Shown here piece by piece: positions 1-7,087 of a DNA stretch of 52,181 nucleotides. The notes under the pieces are model-generated. The model worked only from the letters and a program-made list of their open reading frames with translations. It was not told the origin of the DNA and made no database searches. Position 1 is the first letter of the stretch. Each line of letters starts with the position of its first letter. The DNA is from a virus: IMG/VR virus record IMGVR_UViG_3300045988_143416, positions 1 to 52,181 of that record. The stretch is one strand, 5' to 3'. Position numbers and translations under genes: made by a program.

Positions 1-119
1 ATGATTGACAAAAAAGAATTAGTTAATCTTATCAAGAAACAACAAGCCGAGGACGACAAAGCCTATAAAATGTTTAGTTTTGATGATGATTTTACGGTGA
101 TTTACAAGGCAAAAAAAGC
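1..119. repeat. Terminal direct repeat; identical to 52063-52181
   Basis: Read directly. The window opens with ATGATTGACAAAAAAGAATTAG... and the same 119 nt close it. The unit length is 52,062 bp. Confidence 0.95.
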
Positions 120-168
120 TACAAGAAATGCAATTCTTGAAGCTATTGAAAATATAAAAAAGGAGTAA
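1..168 (+). CDS. Hypothetical protein, 55 aa (same gene as the partial copy at 52063-52181)
   Basis: ATG at 1 (=52063) overlaps the TGA of the 51824-52066 ORF. Stop TAA at 166-168. It falls below the ORF-track size cutoff. Confidence 0.5.
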   Translation: MIDKKELVNLIKKQQAEDDKAYKMFSFDDDFTVIYKAKKATRNAILEAIENIKKE

Positions 169-174
169 AACAAT

Positions 175-585
175 ATGAACATTATGTTAGACGAAAAGGC
201 TTTAATGCCGAAAAGAGGACACGCAACAGACGCAGGACTTGACTTGTTATCACCGATTGATACGCTCGTTCCTGCAAAGGGCAGTATCAGCATTGATACA
301 GGCGTACATATTGAGTTACCACCAAATACCGCAGGCTTTCTTAAATCAAAAAGCGGACTGAATGTAAAGTACGGCATTACAAGCGAGGGCGTTATTGATG
401 TCGGCTATACAGGTAGTATCGTTTGTAAACTGTATAATCATTCTAATATGGACTATAAGATTAATAGGGGCGACAAAATCACTCAACTTGTAGTTATGAA
501 GATTGATATACCCGAACTCAATGTTGTTGATGAATTTAAGGCAACAGAGCGTGGCAATAACGGTTTCGGAAGCACAGACAGATAA
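175..585 (+). CDS. dut: dUTP pyrophosphatase (trimeric dUTPase)
   Basis: Motifs DAGLDL, IDVGYTGSI, GDKITQLV and C-terminal RGNNGFGSTD. Confidence 0.9.
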   Translation: MNIMLDEKALMPKRGHATDAGLDLLSPIDTLVPAKGSISIDTGVHIELPPNTAGFLKSKSGLNVKYGITSEGVIDVGYTGSIVCKLYNHSNMDYKINRGDKITQLVVMKIDIPELNVVDEFKATERGNNGFGSTDR

Positions 586-803
586 TGGATATATCCGAGG
601 TTAAAAAGAACTTAAACAAACTTGTTACTTATCAGCCGACTAAAGAAAGCAAAGCAATAGATTACTATTTATCAGGTTGCATTTTACGGCGAAACAAGGA
701 AACAAGAGATATATTTTATCAAGCGGAAATCAAAGATATTAAGGCAAACAGCGTTATGATTGTTGATTTATCGCAGGTAACAGCAAAAGGACTAAAAAAA
801 TGA
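585..803 (+). CDS. Hypothetical protein
   Basis: ATG overlaps the dut stop (TAATG). It lies in a co-oriented, tightly packed gene run. Confidence 0.5.
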   Translation: MDISEVKKNLNKLVTYQPTKESKAIDYYLSGCILRRNKETRDIFYQAEIKDIKANSVMIVDLSQVTAKGLKK

Positions 804-1003
804 TAGTATGCAAAAAGAAACGGTGTGTATGGCGTGTCTATTGTGGCGAGGGCAAATACTATTGTCACAAAGCAGGCGATTGCCCGAATGTGGTTAAAGT
901 AAAAGATACTCTACCAAATGTAAAATGGGCAGGATTGGTTAACAATTCGCTTGGTATTAAATATTATGCGTCAAAACGAAACAAAAAGGGGAATAGTGAG
1001 TAA
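800..1003 (+). CDS. Hypothetical Cys-rich small protein
   Basis: Start overlaps the upstream stop. The protein contains several Cys residues. Confidence 0.5.
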   Translation: MIVCKKKRCVWRVYCGEGKYYCHKAGDCPNVVKVKDTLPNVKWAGLVNNSLGIKYYASKRNKKGNSE

Positions 1004-1384
1004 ATGCAGTATTATTTTATGATTAATGCAAAGTTGCCCTCGCTAAACGAATATATTGCAAAGATAAACAACAACAGACATACAGGCAATAAATTCAAGC
1101 AGGAAACAGAAGAATTGATACAATGGGCGATTAAGTCAGCAAAAATTAAAAAAATGATACAGCCCACTTGCAAGCCTTGTATAGTACATTTTGAATGGCA
1201 CGAAAAAACAAGGCGTAGGGATTGTGACAACATTGCAAGTGCAAAGAAATTCATTCTTGACGCTTTGCAGAAAGAAAACATAATTCCAAACGATAATCAA
1301 AAATACATAAAGGGCTTTACAGATACTTTTGTTAAGGACACAAAAGATTTTGTAATTGTCCGCTTGAAAGAGGTAGAAAAATGA
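1004..1384 (+). CDS. RusA-like Holliday junction resolvase
   Basis: LPSLNEY N-terminal motif, then RRRDCDN...AKKFILDAL and a PNDN motif, at RusA-like spacing. Size is about 126 aa. Confidence 0.65.
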   Translation: MQYYFMINAKLPSLNEYIAKINNNRHTGNKFKQETEELIQWAIKSAKIKKMIQPTCKPCIVHFEWHEKTRRRDCDNIASAKKFILDALQKENIIPNDNQKYIKGFTDTFVKDTKDFVIVRLKEVEK

Positions 1385-1662
1385 AAGCTATAGCATTAGT
1401 AATATACCTTAGCGTAGCAACTCTCTTTGTGGTTATAGCCTATGTTTGCGGCTACAATGACGGTTGCAAGAGCAATGAGTTTTGGAAAGATACTGTTGAA
1501 AAATACAAAGACCTTTTAGAAAGGCAAAATAACGATTGGGCGGTAGCCTATAACGATTTACAAAATGAATGGCTTGGAAAATACAAAGTAACAGTAGAAA
1601 GTTATGAGCGGCAAATTAAAATCGTGAAGCAGATGTTAGAAAAGGAAAGAGGTGAGAAGTAA
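1381..1662 (+). CDS. Membrane-anchored hypothetical protein
   Basis: N-terminal hydrophobic helix followed by a coiled-coil-like tail. Start overlaps the upstream stop. Confidence 0.5.
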   Translation: MKAIALVIYLSVATLFVVIAYVCGYNDGCKSNEFWKDTVEKYKDLLERQNNDWAVAYNDLQNEWLGKYKVTVESYERQIKIVKQMLEKERGEK

Positions 1663-1766
1663 TGTATATCAGTAAATTTGTAATAGGTTTAGTTGTTGGT
1701 GTAGTAGCAACAGTTATTTTCTTTGGCGTTTACGGTAGTGTAACTAATCACAAAGAAAACAAATAG
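1662..1766 (+). CDS. Small single-pass membrane protein, 34 aa
   Basis: ATG overlaps the upstream TAA, with GAGGTGAG upstream. Hydrophobic core VIGLVVGVVATVIFFGVYG. Below the ORF-track cutoff. Confidence 0.4.
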   Translation: MYISKFVIGLVVGVVATVIFFGVYGSVTNHKENK

Positions 1767-1781
1767 CAGGAGGGCTATGTT

Positions 1782-2216
1782 ATGGACTTATTAAAAGAAT
1801 GTTTGCATTTGCGGGATAAAATACGAGATGTTGACGAGCAAATCGAAGAAATCAAGGCTATATTATATTATCCAAAGTGTCAAGACTTATCGGGTATGCC
1901 GAAAGGTGAGGGAAGCGGCGAAAGTATCATTGATAAATTGATAACAAAAAAAGGCAAACTCGAAAAGAAAAAGGCAGAAACAGAAAAGCAGTTGAATACT
2001 AAATGGCTTGATGTAGAAAGAATTTGCAGTAATGCTCATATAAGCAAAACAAACATTAAATTAATGATGTTCAGGTATTATTACGGCTTGCCGTGGAAAG
2101 CAGTTAGAAACAAAATGTGTGATTATACAAAACAAGAATGGAACGAAAACAAAATATTTCGTGTTCATCATAATGTATTGTGCAAAATCAACAATGAAAT
2201 TGATAAATCAGCGTAA
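1782..2216 (+). CDS. Putative late-gene transcriptional regulator (sigma region-4-like; ArpU/RinA/DUF1492 type)
   Basis: C-terminal segment IKLMMFRYYYGLPWKAVRNKM resembles sigma-70 region 4. The gene sits directly upstream of the terS leader, as in RinA/ArpU phages. Confidence 0.5.
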   Translation: MDLLKECLHLRDKIRDVDEQIEEIKAILYYPKCQDLSGMPKGEGSGESIIDKLITKKGKLEKKKAETEKQLNTKWLDVERICSNAHISKTNIKLMMFRYYYGLPWKAVRNKMCDYTKQEWNENKIFRVHHNVLCKINNEIDKSA

Positions 2217-2236
2217 ATTATTGTAAATAATGTGCA

Positions 2237-2265
2237 TTGAAAAAAAGTCATTATTTAGATAAAAT
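2237..2265 (+). promoter_or_regulatory. Sigma-70-like promoter in front of the packaging operon
   Basis: TTGAAA, 17 nt, TAAAAT. Confidence 0.45.
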
Positions 2266-2330
2266 AATATTGTGAAATAATTTAATGTGTTTCACTTCAT
2301 ATTCATTTTAATTTTACCTTTCGCACCGAG

Positions 2331-2359
2331 CCGTCCTTTTTGGGCGGTTTTCGTGTTTT
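2331..2359 (+). terminator. Promoter-proximal intrinsic terminator upstream of terS
   Basis: CCGTCC-TTTTT-GGGCGG hairpin (one G-U pair), followed by TTTTCGTGTTTT. Confidence 0.6.
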
Positions 2360-2389
2360 ATTAAGTAATTAGACAAGGAGGGCTACACT

Positions 2390-2791
2390 TTGGCAAAGAG
2401 CAAGGGCAATGTTGGCAATTTGAAGCCCGTTACAAGCAAAGAGGAAGCAAGAGAAAGAGGCAGAAAAGGCGGTATTCAGTCAGGCAAGACAAGAAAAGCC
2501 CGAAAACAAGCAAAAGAATGTTTGAATATGATACTTTCACTTGATGTTACAGGCGAAAATAACAAAAAACTTTTATCAAATCTCGGCATTGAGGATAAAG
2601 AACAACAAAACATTATGCTTTTAATGGCTCGTATGTATATGAAAGCAGTAGCGACAGGCGACGCAAGTGCAATAGCAAAGATACTTGAAATAGCGGGCGA
2701 CTTGGAAGCAAACACCGCCGAAAAGTCAGCACCCACAATCAATATCAGCGTTCAGCCTGCAACTGAAAAAGATGTTGAAGATATGGAGTAA
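2390..2791 (+). CDS. terS: Putative terminase small subunit
   Basis: TTG start behind AAGGAGGG. Basic N-terminus with GRKGGIQSGKTRK, typical of small terminases of Gram-positive phages. It is the first gene of the packaging block. Confidence 0.5.
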   Translation: MAKSKGNVGNLKPVTSKEEARERGRKGGIQSGKTRKARKQAKECLNMILSLDVTGENNKKLLSNLGIEDKEQQNIMLLMARMYMKAVATGDASAIAKILEIAGDLEANTAEKSAPTINISVQPATEKDVEDME

Positions 2792-2811
2792 ATTTATAAG
2801 GAGGTGAGAAT

Positions 2812-2973
2812 ATGGCGAAACAGAACAAATACGGAAGCAGACAGACCCCTATGCAGTCACGAATTGCAAAGGCGACAGGTCAGTCAAGAGGTATGGCGGG
2901 TGTGTTTGGTCGTACTCGTCGTGACGCTTATAACGGCTTTAGAAGAAAGTCTAACGGCGGAATGGGTGGTTAA
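2812..2973 (+). CDS. Basic, probably disordered mini-protein, 53 aa, C-terminus ...SNGGMGG
   Basis: ATG lies 5 nt after AAGGAGGTG (2798-2806). Stop TAA at 2971-2973. Preferred over the overlapping track ORF 2804-2995. Confidence 0.5.
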   Translation: MAKQNKYGSRQTPMQSRIAKATGQSRGMAGVFGRTRRDAYNGFRRKSNGGMGG

Positions 2974-2975
2974 TA

Positions 2976-3638
2976 ATGAGCAATTTATTATTTGACCCCA
3001 TTAAAACACAGGCAAGCGTTACGGATAGCGTGCTTGTCGGCTTTAGTGGCGGTAAGGATAGCATAGTAACGCTTGATTTGTGCGTTAAGTATTTTAAAAA
3101 TGTTGTGCCGTTCTTTATGTATCTTGTACCCGATTTACAATTTCAAGAAAGAATGTTAAAGCGGTATGAGGATAAATACGGCATAGAAATTATTAGACTG
3201 CCACACTTTGAGTGTTCAAACTTCTTAAAGTATGGCAGTTTTACAATGTTTGACCCGACTGTTGATATTGTAGGTATTACAGACACTTACGAATATTTAA
3301 GGCAGAGAACGGGCATACATTGGATTGCAGCGGGTGAGCGTTGTGCTGATAGTATCGTGCGTAACGCAATGATTAAGCAGAGCGGTAGCATAGACTACAA
3401 GCGAGGACGCTTTTACCCTATTGCATATTGGAACAAACAAGAAGTATTACAGTACATCAAATACAAGAAACTGTATTTAAGCCCCGAACAAAAGAAAATC
3501 GGCTTTTCTTTTCGCAGTTTGGCAGGGTGTGAGTTGGCAACAATCAAAAATATGTACCCCGCAGATTATGAAAAGATATTAAAGGTTTATCCCTTTGCAG
3601 GGGCGGCAGTTGAAAGATTTGAAAAGTACGGCAAGTAA
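2976..3638 (+). CDS. PAPS-reductase-family PP-loop ATP pyrophosphatase
   Basis: PP-loop GFSGGKDS, then IAAGERCADSIVRNA and YPIAYWNKQEVLQYI, matching the CysH/DndC-type pattern. Confidence 0.85.
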   Translation: MSNLLFDPIKTQASVTDSVLVGFSGGKDSIVTLDLCVKYFKNVVPFFMYLVPDLQFQERMLKRYEDKYGIEIIRLPHFECSNFLKYGSFTMFDPTVDIVGITDTYEYLRQRTGIHWIAAGERCADSIVRNAMIKQSGSIDYKRGRFYPIAYWNKQEVLQYIKYKKLYLSPEQKKIGFSFRSLAGCELATIKNMYPADYEKILKVYPFAGAAVERFEKYGK

Positions 3639-3651
3639 AGTAGGTGATTGA

Positions 3652-3852
3652 GTGGCAAGGACATTTTCAAGAACGCATAAAATTGTTAGAACACAACCCG
3701 CTTCTTATTATTCTTCACAATCAAAAGAGGAAAGAGCAAGAAACGCACGAAATCATATGAGTATGTTGCGTGATAAGCCTATGGTAAGAGTTCCTAACAG
3801 AATGAAAGTAAACAGTATGAAAAAGCGTTCAAGCGGTGGAGCAGGAGGCTAA
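3652..3852 (+). CDS. Basic mini-protein, 66 aa, C-terminus ...SSGGAGG
   Basis: GTG start behind AGGTGA. Rich in Arg and Lys. Tightly packed between the PP-loop and ParB-like genes. Confidence 0.45.
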   Translation: MARTFSRTHKIVRTQPASYYSSQSKEERARNARNHMSMLRDKPMVRVPNRMKVNSMKKRSSGGAGG

Positions 3853-3856
3853 ACGA

Positions 3857-4519
3857 ATGGCACAAAGCAAATATCAAAAATTCAAGATTGAAACAATCAG
3901 CAGAGCAGATATTAAGAACGCCGACTATAACCCACGCATTATGGATAAAGAGGCAAAGAAGCGATTAAAAGCAGGCTTAAAGAAACACGGGCTTGTATCA
4001 ACTTTGACTTGGAATAAGCGAACGGGCAACCTTGTAGGCGGTCACCAAAGGCTTGAACAGTTAGACGCTTTAGAGCGTAACAAAGATTATACACTTGATG
4101 TTTGCGTGATTGATGTTGACGAACAAGAAGAAGCAATATTGAATGTGCAGTTAAACAACCCGTCAATGCAGGGCGATTGGGATTTAGACGCATTAGCCGA
4201 TATGACAGAGCAATTTGACATTGACTTTGACGATATGGGCTTTACTAAACTTGATGTGGACTTTATGTATGACGGTGACGAGAAGTTTACACAGCTATTT
4301 GAAACACCTGAAGCACAAGAAGTCAAACAAGGGCTTGAAGAAGTCAAGGCGGCAAGGCAGGCGGGCAAAGAGCGTATGCAAGATAAGAATAACATTAACT
4401 TTTATTCTATCATTGTTTTTGAGGACGAAAAGCAACGCACCGATTTTTACAAGAAAATCAGCACGCCGCCGAGTGAAGAATATTTGACTGTTGATAAAAT
4501 AATGCGAATAGCAAAGTAA
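3857..4519 (+). CDS. ParB/sulfiredoxin-fold (ParB-like nuclease domain) protein
   Basis: Motif NLVGGHQRLEQL in a ParBc-like N-terminal domain. Start moved to ATG 3857, 8 nt after AGGAGG (3843-3848). Confidence 0.75.
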   Translation: MAQSKYQKFKIETISRADIKNADYNPRIMDKEAKKRLKAGLKKHGLVSTLTWNKRTGNLVGGHQRLEQLDALERNKDYTLDVCVIDVDEQEEAILNVQLNNPSMQGDWDLDALADMTEQFDIDFDDMGFTKLDVDFMYDGDEKFTQLFETPEAQEVKQGLEEVKAARQAGKERMQDKNNINFYSIIVFEDEKQRTDFYKKISTPPSEEYLTVDKIMRIAK

Positions 4520-4520
4520 A

Positions 4521-4542
4521 AGGGCGGTTATTATACCGCCCT
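4521..4542. terminator. Bidirectional intrinsic terminator
   Basis: AGGGCGGT-loop-ACCGCCCT between convergent genes. Confidence 0.7.
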
Positions 4543-4722
4543 TGATGTTGTCTTTTTTGGTCTTTTTGATGTTGTATCTTTATATGTTAACTGCAATGTG
4601 CACCCGTTTAAATCAGCGTATATATAACGGCTGTTAAAACGGCTTACATTCAATTTTAAGCCTTTGGGCAATGTACCATAGCCCTGAATATAAATATCAT
4701 TTGCAAGTGTTGTTGTTTTCAT
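4531..4722 (-). CDS. Hypothetical protein, 63 aa
   Basis: Start moved to the internal ATG (MKTTTLAND...) preceded by AAAGGGGG. Confidence 0.5.
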   Translation of the reverse strand: MKTTTLANDIYIQGYGTLPKGLKLNVSRFNSRYIYADLNGCTLQLTYKDTTSKRPKKTTSRAV

Positions 4723-4735
4723 TTTCAAGCCCCCT

Positions 4736-4954
4736 TTAAGCAAATACAGATAACGCAAGCATAAATGCTGCGGCTTCACGGTCACTTGAAATAAAGTCAC
4801 CACGGTACTTGACAAATTCGCCTACAAATTCTTTATGATTTGGCACAAATTCATCAAATGCGGTTACGGCTTCTTTATAGCCCGCTACATTATTATGATT
4901 GTAGAGAAATTCATATTCTTTGTTGAATTGGTCTAAAAATTCTTTGATATTCAT
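4736..4954 (-). CDS. Hypothetical protein
   Basis: 72-aa ORF in a co-oriented three-gene antisense cassette. Confidence 0.55.
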   Translation of the reverse strand: MNIKEFLDQFNKEYEFLYNHNNVAGYKEAVTAFDEFVPNHKEFVGEFVKYRGDFISSDREAAAFMLALSVFA

Positions 4955-4971
4955 AATATTTATGCCCCCCT

Positions 4972-5226
4972 TTATGCTGTCAAGCGGTAATCATAGTCAA
5001 CAAATACAAATGTATTACCGCCTTGCAATATCTCGCCTGTACGCTCGTCACGGTCGTAATTTTCGTATTTCATTGCTGTGCTTTCAATCTCTTTTTTGTC
5101 AATGGCTAATTCTTTAATATTTACCCAAATTGCATAGCCGTCATAAGATACACCGACACGGCGGTTATTGTAGCCGTGTTCTTTTAATTCTTTGCGAATT
5201 GCTGCAAGTCTTTCATCATCTGTCAT
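4972..5226 (-). CDS. Hypothetical protein; weak resemblance to polyvalent-protein-associated domains of conjugative elements
   Basis: First gene behind the minus-strand operator promoter. The AAIRKELKEHG...YDRDERTG pattern is recalled from LPD-type domains, with low certainty. Confidence 0.55.
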   Translation of the reverse strand: MTDDERLAAIRKELKEHGYNNRRVGVSYDGYAIWVNIKELAIDKKEIESTAMKYENYDRDERTGEILQGGNTFVFVDYDYRLTA

Positions 5227-5282
5227 AGTATTTACCTTTCTACGATTATAGCCCGTCGGCTTTATTTCTTATCTTTGTATAT

Positions 5283-5311
5283 ATTGTATCACAAAAGTGA
5301 TATAAAATCAA
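5283..5311 (-). promoter_or_regulatory. Promoter (minus strand) with palindromic operator 5287-5302
   Basis: On the minus strand: TTGATT, 17 nt, TACAAT. TATCACAAAAGTGATA overlaps the spacer and -10. Confidence 0.55.
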
Positions 5312-5369
5312 TAGTAAAATAGTGAAAAAATGCACAAATATCAATGTAAAACTTTGTGAATTATGCCTA

Positions 5370-5398
5370 TTGATATTATAACACATTTGTGATATTAT
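5370..5398 (+). promoter_or_regulatory. Promoter with operator 5379-5394
   Basis: TTGATA, 17 nt, TATTAT. TAACACATTTGTGATA overlaps the spacer and -10. Confidence 0.6.
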
Positions 5399-5455
5399 AT
5401 AAATGTAATGAGGGGCAGGCAATAATAAATAGCCCCCGTACAGAAAGGTAAGACA

Positions 5456-5623
5456 ATGAAAGAGTACATTTGTAGATTAGTTAATAATGAGGGCTTTATT
5501 ATAGACGGTGCTTTTGTTACTGCAAAGAATAAAAAAGAAGCATTAGAAAAGTATTTGATTATTCACCCATACGCTAAAACCGATAAATGCGTATTTGATA
5601 AATATACAGTTGAAAGAGCGTAA
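5456..5623 (+). CDS. Hypothetical small protein, 55 aa
   Basis: ATG behind the conserved leader hairpin and CAGAAAGGTAA SD. Below the ORF-track cutoff. Confidence 0.5.
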   Translation: MKEYICRLVNNEGFIIDGAFVTAKNKKEALEKYLIIHPYAKTDKCVFDKYTVERA

Positions 5624-5637
5624 GAGGGGGTAACGGT

Positions 5638-5772
5638 ATGTTAGAGTATAAAAGTGCTATTGTAGACGAGTGCGGCGACATTGTTTATTGGTGTGAAAAT
5701 TTGACTGAAAATGAGATTAGAGAAATACTCGCAAATCATATTGAATGGCGTAGAACTTGCATAGAAATATAA
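5638..5772 (+). CDS. Hypothetical small protein, 44 aa
   Basis: ATG behind AGAGGGGG. Stop TAA at 5770-5772. Confidence 0.4.
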   Translation: MLEYKSAIVDECGDIVYWCENLTENEIREILANHIEWRRTCIEI

Positions 5773-5793
5773 TGCTAAATAAAGCAATAGACA

Positions 5794-5826
5794 AAAGCGG
5801 TTGAGCAAATCAGCCGCTTTTTTGTG
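5794..5826 (+). terminator. Intrinsic terminator directly upstream of terL
   Basis: 11-bp stem AAAGCGGTTGA/TCAGCCGCTTT (one G-U pair), then TTTTTTG. Confidence 0.7.
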
Positions 5827-5851
5827 TTGTTTTTGATGTGATGTAAGGGCG

Positions 5852-7087
5852 GTGGTAAAAATAAATATTGATGTAAAGATAAACCCCGTATATTTTCCGT
5901 ATCTTGATAAACCGCAATTTGTACAGATATTTTACGGTGGCTCGTCAAGTGGTAAATCTTATTTCAACGGACAAAAGATTGTACTTGATAATATGCACGG
6001 CGTTAATTGGCTTTGTTGTCGTAATGTTGCTAAAACAATGCGTAACAGTATATTCAATGAGGTAACAAAGGCAATAATTAAAATGAATTTGAGCGAGTAT
6101 TACAGGATAAACCGCTCGGATATGGTTATTACTAACACCCTGAATAATAAGCAAATACTATTTGCGGGGCTTGATGATGTTGAAAAAGTCAAGTCAATTA
6201 CACCGATTGAGGGCGTACTCGAAAGGATATTTGTAGAAGAAGCAACAGAGATAAAGTATGCCGCCTATAAGCAATTAACAAAGCGTTTGCGTGGTTATAG
6301 CGAACACCGCAAAGGTATTATTTTAGCATTTAACCCTATCTTAAAATCACATTGGATATATCAAACATTTTTCGGCGGTTGGCAAGACGACAAGAATTGT
6401 TACGAAGATGATAATTTACTAATCTTAAAGACCACCTACAAGGATAATTTGTTTTTGACACCCGAAGATAGAGAGCAATTAGAGAATGAGAGCGACCCAT
6501 ATTTCTATAATGTGTATTCACTCGGTAATTGGGGCATACTCGGCAACATTATCTTTAAGAATTGGCACACAGAGGATTTAAGCGAACAATCAAAGACTTT
6601 CGACCATTTATATTATGGTTGCGACTTTGGTTATTCCTCCGACCCTAACGCTTTGATAAAGGTACATATTGATAAGACCCGCAAAAAGATTTATATACTT
6701 GATGAATTTTATCAAGCGGGAATGAATGATGATGAACTTGTGAGAGTATCACGCAAATTTGTTAAAGACGATTATATCACCTGCGATAGTGCAGAGCCGA
6801 AAACGATTGACTATTTAGCAAATCACGGCGTAAATGCTACACCTGCTGTAAAGGGTGCGGATAGTATCAATCGTGGCATAAGGTGGTTGCAAACATACGA
6901 AATAATTGTTGATGTGCGTTGTCAAAATTTCAAAAACGAGATAGAGCAATACCATTGGCAAGAGGATAAGTACGGTAATGCAATGGCAAAGCCTGTTGAC
7001 GCAAACAATCACCTTTTAGACGCTTTGAGATATGCACTTGAACAAGAAATGTTAGAAGCAGAGGTAGAGGCAGGAATAAGAATATAA
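5852..7087 (+). CDS. terL: Terminase large subunit (PBSX/XtmB-type)
   Basis: Walker A YGGSSSGKS, Walker B-like IFVEEA, and a C-terminal nuclease region. GTG start behind AAGGG. Confidence 0.9.
   Translation: MVKINIDVKINPVYFPYLDKPQFVQIFYGGSSSGKSYFNGQKIVLDNMHGVNWLCCRNVAKTMRNSIFNEVTKAIIKMNLSEYYRINRSDMVITNTLNNKQILFAGLDDVEKVKSITPIEGVLERIFVEEATEIKYAAYKQLTKRLRGYSEHRKGIILAFNPILKSHWIYQTFFGGWQDDKNCYEDDNLLILKTTYKDNLFLTPEDREQLENESDPYFYNVYSLGNWGILGNIIFKNWHTEDLSEQSKTFDHLYYGCDFGYSSDPNALIKVHIDKTRKKIYILDEFYQAGMNDDELVRVSRKFVKDDYITCDSAEPKTIDYLANHGVNATPAVKGADSINRGIRWLQTYEIIVDVRCQNFKNEIEQYHWQEDKYGNAMAKPVDANNHLLDALRYALEQEMLEAEVEAGIRI

Noticed and set aside
2804-2995. 63-aa track ORF (GTG start) between terS and the PP-loop gene
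   Set aside because: It overlaps the PP-loop gene start and has an odd hydrophobic, Trp-rich composition. The other frame has an ATG at 2812 placed 5 nt after a perfect AAGGAGGTG and ends exactly before the next gene, so 2812-2973 is preferred.
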